Origin: Sphingomonadales bacterium
GTDB taxonomy: Bacteria > Pseudomonadota > Alphaproteobacteria > Sphingomonadales > Sphingomonadaceae
Assembly: GCA_013297725.1 (NCBI GenBank)
Contig: JAAFIB010000002.1
Span: forward strand, 45,212-109,211
Direction of reading: 5' to 3'
Length of the DNA: 64,000 bases
Positions 58,730 to 64,000 of the stretch are shown piece by piece; positions within the stretch are counted from its first letter, which is position 1, and every line of letters starts with the position of its first letter. The translations under genes were made by a program, and so were the position numbers. The notes beneath the pieces were generated by a model. That model made no database searches and was not told the DNA's origin. It was given only the letters and a program-made list of their open reading frames with translations.

Positions 58730-60777
58730 CAGAACTTGGCCTCCAGGCTGATCCCGTAATTGCGGGGGTCGTTGGCAAAGCCGAAGTCGACCGCAAAAAG
58801 GTTGGTCAGCGCGAAATCGTTAAAGGCATTGCGGACATAGGCCGATGCCGTGATGCCGTTCCACTCGTAAGAAATCTTGGCATCGACGTTGGTAGATCCA
58901 GCGATCCCAAGCGCAGGCGTATTTGCATCGTCAGAGAAATAACGGCCATTGGTGCGCAATTGCGCGTCAAGTTTGAGGCCCGCTGTTGGTTCCCAGTCGA
59001 ACCCTGCCGAAAAGCTCCATTTCGGCGCACTGGCAAATTGGCTGCCGCGGATCGGGTCCAGCGGATCCGGGGTCTGCGTGATCTTGGTGTTGAGCAGCCC
59101 AACCCCAGCGCGCAAGTTGAATGTGGGAGTTATCCGGGCGTCGAGTTCAAGCTCGGCTCCGTAGCTCCGTGCCGATGGCACATTGCCCACACTGACTTCG
59201 AACACCGTTTGCCCCAGCGGATTGGTGGTGACAGTCGTTGTTGATCGCTGCGCGTTCTTGAAGTCGGTATAGAAGACGTTGCCATTCAATTGGACGCCAC
59301 TGGCAATCCCCGCACGGACATACGCCTCGTAATTCCAGAGCGTTTCCGCGTCGAATTCGTCGCGCAGTCCGGTATCGAACGAGATTGTCGTGCCACCCGG
59401 ATTGAAAGCACGTTGCGCAAACGCACCGATGTTCACGAGATCTGAGACTTCATAAGAGAGTGCGATTTTGGGCAGCAGCGCATCGAAGCTGCGCTGATAA
59501 TCCACCGCAAAGATGTCGAGCGCGCCAACACGGTTCTGCCGGTCGCGTTGGTAACGCAGTCCGCCAGTGACGGTGAGCCGTGGCAATGGCTTGATCGCGA
59601 CTTCGCCAAAGATGCCAAGGCTCTGCTGCTTGTCAGTGAAGTTGCCCAACCCAAGAAACGCACTCAGGTCGATAAACTCGGTCTGGTCGGCATTCAGATG
59701 ATACACACCGCTAAGGACATTGAGGCTATCGCTCAGTTTGGCCGAAATGATGCCTTCAAAGGTGAACTCTTTGGTCTGGACCAGCGCGTTGCCTTGCCCG
59801 GGCGATGACAGCCGCGTCACGCGACTGTTTGTGTAGCTTGGCGTCAACGTCACAAGAACACCTTCACGATCGCCATAAGACACGATGCCCGTGATCGCAT
59901 CGACATTGGTCCGCCAATAGCCGCCAACATCGTCATAGCGACGTTCTTCGAACGGCGGGATGATGACCTGTCCTTGGGGCGCTTCGGTCTCCAAATGCGT
60001 ATAGCCGACGTCGATTCTCAGGTCAGGAATGCTCGTCGGCGTGATTAGCAGCTTGACCCGACCGTTGGTGAAATTGTCCGCCCGTTCGTCATAGCCAAAG
60101 TTAAAATTGGGAATGTCGAACTTGACCCAACTATTCTTGCGCCGCCAATCGAACGTGGCCCGCGCAGCGATCTGATCGTTGACGATTGGCGCGGAGACCA
60201 TGCCCGACAACTGATAGGTGTCGTAATTGCCCACCAGTCCGCGCACCCGTGCTTCAGGCTCAAAGCTCGGATCGAACGTCTTAATGAAGATCGCCCCAGC
60301 AATCGAATTGCGCCCCTGTGTCGTCGTTTGCGGAGTGCGGAACACCTCCACGCGCTCGACATCCCAGAGCGAACTCAGCCCATAGATGAACTCATTGAAG
60401 CCAACCGCACGACCATCGATTTGCACCGTTGCACGGGGTCGCGAGCCGCCAAGGAACGCATCGGCACCCCGAAGCGCACCTGTCGTATCCTGTCCTCGGA
60501 TTGATGGTCCCTGATCTTCTGACCCAAGCTGGATATTGGGAACGAAACCAAGCAGGCTGTTGATATTGTCCAGCGACCGTTCTTCGAGGCGGTCAGCGGT
60601 TTCAACGGCGACGCTTGACGAAGTTTCATTGACGCCGCGTGCGACGCGTTCGCCGGTGACGATGATTTCACTCTGCTCAGCCTGTTCAGCGTCGGGTGCA
60701 GTTTCGGCCCATGCTGGGGAGGCGCAGGCGGCCGCACAAAGCGCAGATGAAAACAGCAAGCAAGACTTGTAAAACAC
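58729..60777 (-). CDS. TonB-dependent receptor (probable iron-chelate uptake)
   Basis: TonB box 'EIIVTG', plug 'PSIRG', 'VEVFRTPQ.T.QGRNSIAGAI', C-terminal 'YGISLEAKF'. Confidence 0.95.
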   Translation of the reverse strand: MFYKSCLLFSSALCAAACASPAWAETAPDAEQAEQSEIIVTGERVARGVNETSSSVAVETADRLEERSLDNINSLLGFVPNIQLGSEDQGPSIRGQDTTGALRGADAFLGGSRPRATVQIDGRAVGFNEFIYGLSSLWDVERVEVFRTPQTTTQGRNSIAGAIFIKTFDPSFEPEARVRGLVGNYDTYQLSGMVSAPIVNDQIAARATFDWRRKNSWVKFDIPNFNFGYDERADNFTNGRVKLLITPTSIPDLRIDVGYTHLETEAPQGQVIIPPFEERRYDDVGGYWRTNVDAITGIVSYGDREGVLVTLTPSYTNSRVTRLSSPGQGNALVQTKEFTFEGIISAKLSDSLNVLSGVYHLNADQTEFIDLSAFLGLGNFTDKQQSLGIFGEVAIKPLPRLTVTGGLRYQRDRQNRVGALDIFAVDYQRSFDALLPKIALSYEVSDLVNIGAFAQRAFNPGGTTISFDTGLRDEFDAETLWNYEAYVRAGIASGVQLNGNVFYTDFKNAQRSTTTVTTNPLGQTVFEVSVGNVPSARSYGAELELDARITPTFNLRAGVGLLNTKITQTPDPLDPIRGSQFASAPKWSFSAGFDWEPTAGLKLDAQLRTNGRYFSDDANTPALGIAGSTNVDAKISYEWNGITASAYVRNAFNDFALTNLFAVDFGFANDPRNYGISLEAKF

Positions 60778-60826
60778 ACGATTTCCCGACGATTCTGATT
60801 TTCGATGGATCGTCAGTAATCAATAT

Positions 60827-60845
60827 GCGAATGATTATCAATAGC
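60827..60845. promoter_or_regulatory. Fur-box-like operator
   Basis: GCGAATGATTATCAATAGC matches GATAATGATAATCATTATC at 14/19 positions, 50 bp upstream of the receptor gene. Confidence 0.7.
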
Positions 60846-60850
60846 GTATT

Positions 60851-60870
60851 GGAAGGTGGTAGCCGTCATT
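60851..60870 (-). repeat. Module-junction motif, site D (iron module | TetR)
   Basis: Minus strand AATGACGGCTACC-ACCTTCC, starting 3 bp after the tetR stop. Confidence 0.4.
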
Positions 60871-60873
60871 TGT

Positions 60874-61476
60874 CTAGCGAAGATATCCAAGCACCGCCCG
60901 CACCGCCTCGTCTTCAGCGACATCCAACCGTGGTGGGGACAAATTGGCCCAAGCGTCGGTTACCGCGCGAACAAGTGCCGGGAGCGTTCGCTCCGCATGG
61001 TCGGCATCAAGTGGCCTGATCTCCCTGGCAAATCGCGCAAGTAAGGCTGCGACCAACGCGCCGCCACGGTCCAGATAGCCATTCAGGATGCTGTCAATTG
61101 GAAGGCGAGCTTCTTCATGGTCAATCGCAGATGCAAGCAGGCTGTCGTCATGGTGATGCTGCATGGCGGCACGGACCACTGCGCGAATGACGGTTTCCAA
61201 ATTCTCGCCGCTCACTCGACTAACTGCGGCAGTAAGGGCTTCCAATTGCCGTGCCTGTTGTCGATGAATCAGCGCGACCATCAGCGCATCCTTGTTAGGA
61301 AAATATTGATAGAGGCTGCCAATGCTCACGCCCGCGCGTCCGGCCACGACATTGGTGTTGAACGCAGCCAAACCGCCTTGCGCAATTATGTGAGCAGCTG
61401 CCTCAACAATCGCGTCATGGGTGACCAGAGCGCGCGCCTGACGCGGGGCTTTACGGGGAGAGAGGGGCACAGGCAT
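60874..61476 (-). CDS. TetR/AcrR family regulator
   Basis: 'PRQARA..T.DAIVEAA', 'VAGRAGVSIGSLYQYFPNK'. Confidence 0.93.
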   Translation of the reverse strand: MPVPLSPRKAPRQARALVTHDAIVEAAAHIIAQGGLAAFNTNVVAGRAGVSIGSLYQYFPNKDALMVALIHRQQARQLEALTAAVSRVSGENLETVIRAVVRAAMQHHHDDSLLASAIDHEEARLPIDSILNGYLDRGGALVAALLARFAREIRPLDADHAERTLPALVRAVTDAWANLSPPRLDVAEDEAVRAVLGYLR

Positions 61477-61562
61477 TCACTTCAAATCCTCGCGCAGAAT
61501 GCGAGTATATAATGTGAGCATATATTCATATTATGCAAGCACATTGAGACGGAGGAACGTTG

Positions 61563-61898
61563 ATCATGAGCAGCAACACAAACCCGCGCATAGATTTCAA
61601 GACATTCTATGAAACGGCCTATCGGTCGGATCACCAACACCTAGCGAATCTCGCGCTTCACATTGTGGGCGTCATTGCGGGTTTGGCGTTGCTTATCGCC
61701 AGCGTAACCGTCTGGCCGCTTTGGAGCGCGCTCGCTTTTCCCATCGTTCATGTCGTGCCGGGATTGCTGGGTCACCGGCTGTTTGACCGGGACGAGGTGC
61801 TCGGTGACGTCCGCCTCACCCGCACCGACTTTCCGTTATGGTGGTTCCTGATCGCCAATCATCTAATGGCAGTGAGAGTGCTCACACTGCGGTGGTGA
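61563..61898 (+). CDS. DUF962/Mpo1-like membrane protein
   Basis: 'Y..DH....NLALH.VG', 'GH..F'; divergent from tetR; GGAGG RBS. Confidence 0.75.
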   Translation: MMSSNTNPRIDFKTFYETAYRSDHQHLANLALHIVGVIAGLALLIASVTVWPLWSALAFPIVHVVPGLLGHRLFDRDEVLGDVRLTRTDFPLWWFLIANHLMAVRVLTLRW

Positions 61899-61992
61899 TG
61901 CAACCTCCAGTCTCCACGTCCAACGAGAGCAGTCTTGTGTGCTCCACGCAACATCATCTGTGCGACGCTAGCAGAATAAACCGCGTGTTCCG

Positions 61993-62035
61993 AAGGTCCG
62001 TTTGAGCCTTTGAAACGGCAGCAATGTTACCGATC
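61993..62035 (+). repeat. Module-junction motif, site E (TetR module | ABC permeases)
   Basis: AAGGTCCGTTTGA (61993-62005) and AACGGCAGCAATG-TTACCGATC (from 62014), next to the permease stop. Confidence 0.5.
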
Positions 62036-63290
62036 ACCGATGCTCCCATTGCGGTGCCTTGACAAAGTCAGCCTCGCGAAACGGGACTTCATTGAATACA
62101 TAGGGATAATAAAACCGCCGCAGCTGCTTGTGATAGGAGCGAATGCGGTCCTGATAGATGAGGCCCGCATTGAGGTCGGTTCGCGCAGTTCGATGCAGGA
62201 TGGTTTGCAGGCCCACTGCGGGTAGGGCGAAGCCAAAACGCCCGGTCCAGCGGTCGCGTGCTTCGAGGCCTTCGCGATAGGCTTTGGCTTGTGGCGCTGC
62301 CGCCAGATCACCCAAATGCTGGAAGGCATAATACCATTTCCAGTGGAACCCGCCTTCGACCGGCTTTGTGTCTTTCCATTCGGGGTAGGCCTTGAAGAAG
62401 GCCTGCATCGTTTCTTGCTTTGGCTTGTCCCACCCGCCGTGGACCTTCTCGCGCTGTTCCAGAGTGAGCTCAACGCCTTGCCGGACGGGAACGACGCTAT
62501 TGATTGCCAGATTTCCAAGTGCTGGAAGAATGAGCGTCAACACCAGCCAACTTGCAGCCAGCGTGGCGGCATTGGTGACTGAGCTCCAGCCCCGGCTGCC
62601 AACCCACAGGCACAGCATGGCCCAGAACAGAATGTAAGCGGCGGCCACAACAATGAAAATCAACGCTAAACCGGGTGAAGCCCCCGACAGTGCCGCCCCG
62701 ATCAGAAATGGGATCAGGAGGGCGGCAAGCAGACCGCCGATCCGCAAACCAATCCTCCTGCGCCAAAGCGCCTGCTGATTGCGCGCCATCGCGGCGAGCA
62801 AGCCGATGCGCCCGGCCTCGCGTTCGCCCGATTTCAGATCGTGGAGCAGGACGATAACGAACAGCGGTGCAAGATAGGTGAGCACAAAGGCCCAGTCAAA
62901 CCGACCCGGCAGCGCCAGTTCGGCATTGTAATTCTCGCTTTCGTAAAGCTGCGCTTCCAGTCCCAGCGCCCGGATACGCAGGATGTAGGGGGCCACATCG
63001 CGCTGACCTATGGCCGCAAAGGCGAGCGCAGATGGTTCATCCCATGTGGCATGGAAAGTATAGTAGGCAGCGTTGCCCGCATCCCCCTCGACTGATACCC
63101 ATTTGGCGATGGCGGCGACGTCGGCGGCCTGTTGAGGCTGGATGCGTGCTATGGTGTCGCGTTGGCGCTCGATTTCTGCCATCCCCGCCCAGACGCTGGC
63201 GATGGAGAGCAGAGCCATCAACGCCAGTGCAGGAAGCGCAAGGCGTTGGCGCAGGAACAGGCGCAGTTCATGTCGCCAAAGGCCGGTCAT
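62034..63290 (-). CDS. ABC-2 type permease, DUF3526-like
   Basis: 'FAAIGQRDVAP', 'FDWAFVLTYLAPL', 'EREAG', 'WKWYYAFQ'; ATGA overlap with the upstream gene. Confidence 0.82.
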   Translation of the reverse strand: MTGLWRHELRLFLRQRLALPALALMALLSIASVWAGMAEIERQRDTIARIQPQQAADVAAIAKWVSVEGDAGNAAYYTFHATWDEPSALAFAAIGQRDVAPYILRIRALGLEAQLYESENYNAELALPGRFDWAFVLTYLAPLFVIVLLHDLKSGEREAGRIGLLAAMARNQQALWRRRIGLRIGGLLAALLIPFLIGAALSGASPGLALIFIVVAAAYILFWAMLCLWVGSRGWSSVTNAATLAASWLVLTLILPALGNLAINSVVPVRQGVELTLEQREKVHGGWDKPKQETMQAFFKAYPEWKDTKPVEGGFHWKWYYAFQHLGDLAAAPQAKAYREGLEARDRWTGRFGFALPAVGLQTILHRTARTDLNAGLIYQDRIRSYHKQLRRFYYPYVFNEVPFREADFVKAPQWEHR

Positions 63291-64000
63291 GCTGCGTCTG
63301 CCAGACGGCGGATGGCAAGTCGCATTCCAAAGCCAAGCACTACAAGCCAACCCAGTAGCGTCAGCATACCCGGCAACGCGGCCTGTAATTTCTCACCTGT
63401 CGCGGCGGCTTGATATCTGAAATCCGGCACCTTCTGCCAATTCTTTGGATCAATACGTACCCGGCGTCCTGCCTCCGGGTCCTTGTTGCGGTTGCTGTCG
63501 TCGTCATAGGTTATCGCGGTTGCCTGAAGCTGGTTGAGTTGCTGGACGATGGCAAAGCGGTAGCCCTCGGCTTGAGAGAGGAAACGGCGATGGCCTTCCA
63601 GATCGGTGCCTGCGGCTGACATGGAAAGGCGGCGCAGCGCGATTGCCGGACTCAATAGACCCACTGTATCAGTGAAGCGGCTCTGCGCTTTTTGTGCGGC
63701 GAATTGCCGGTCAGCATAATCATCGAACAGCTTCGACGTCAGCTTCTCCCCCTCGACGGCCAAAAGTCCACGATAGTTGACCGGCAAGTCCTCAACCTTC
63801 TCCACGCCATATTGTTTCAGCGTGCGCTGCTTGAAGGCGTTGAAATAGGGATCGTCGGGATTGTGGCTGTCGCCCATTTTGCGCAGGTCTTCCTTGATCG
63901 CGATATCGGTTTCGAGCCGGGTGAGCGTCGGGTTGGTGGCGAGAGCCACGTCAGGCGCGATGCGGGGCAGCAGGATAACCGTGAAGGCCCAAATCCCAAT
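63287..64000 (-). CDS. ABC-2 type permease, DUF3526-like (5' part outside the window)
   Basis: 'IWAFTVILLPR..P', 'LLSP...LRRLSM..AGTDL..H..F..QAE.YR'. Confidence 0.8.
   Translation of the reverse strand: MGIWAFTVILLPRIAPDVALATNPTLTRLETDIAIKEDLRKMGDSHNPDDPYFNAFKQRTLKQYGVEKVEDLPVNYRGLLAVEGEKLTSKLFDDYADRQFAAQKAQSRFTDTVGLLSPAIALRRLSMSAAGTDLEGHRRFLSQAEGYRFAIVQQLNQLQATAITYDDDSNRNKDPEAGRRVRIDPKNWQKVPDFRYQAAATGEKLQAALPGMLTLLGWLVVLGFGMRLAIRRLADAA

Larger units (their letters stand above)
36447..64000. mobile_element. tRNA-Lys-linked genomic island, probably an integrative mobilizable element; right end outside the window
   Basis: Housekeeping synteny stops at the tRNA; AlpA, RHH proteins, MOBF relaxase and modular cargo follow. 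No integrase or att duplicate seen in the window. Confidence 0.8.

Noticed and set aside
42408-62035. Classical integron (attC array)
   Set aside because: No IntI and no RYYYAAC...GTTRRRY boxes; modules are multi-gene with their own regulators and mixed orientation. The motif is therefore reported as an unassigned junction site.
36447-64000. Integrase, T4SS/coupling protein, or attR duplicate of tRNA-Lys
   Set aside because: No tyrosine or serine recombinase motifs, VirB/VirD4 homologs or tRNA 3' repeat were seen by eye; they may lie beyond the window.

Overview
Alphaproteobacterial chromosome window; gene content and order point to Sphingomonadales, possibly Sphingorhabdus-like (inference). 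Positions 1-36.4 kb are mostly housekeeping: galE, hslVU, M16 and M17 peptidases, map, argC, petABC, trmL, hemF, mutL, mreBCD-mrdA-rodA and tRNA-Gly. This part also holds two toxin-antitoxin pairs and three families of palindromic REP/MITE-like elements, one inserted in frame inside mutL. After tRNA-Lys(CTT) at 36371-36446 a genomic island runs off the right end of the window. Its backbone is a 2-TM orphan, AlpA, two ribbon-helix-helix proteins and a frameshifted MOBF relaxase-helicase; no integrase or T4SS is visible. Cargo modules follow: a Csu-type chaperone-usher pilus, a LysR-linked 10-gene hydrolase/GST/porin operon, a TonB receptor + PepSY pair with a Fur-like box, TetR + DUF962-like, and DUF3526-type ABC permeases. 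The most notable pattern is a degenerate 13-bp motif, roughly AA(C/T)G(G/T)CNG(C/G)WWWG, found at every junction between these modules, which suggests a cassette-like assembly system. All calls come from reading the sequence and recalling family motifs; no database searches were run.
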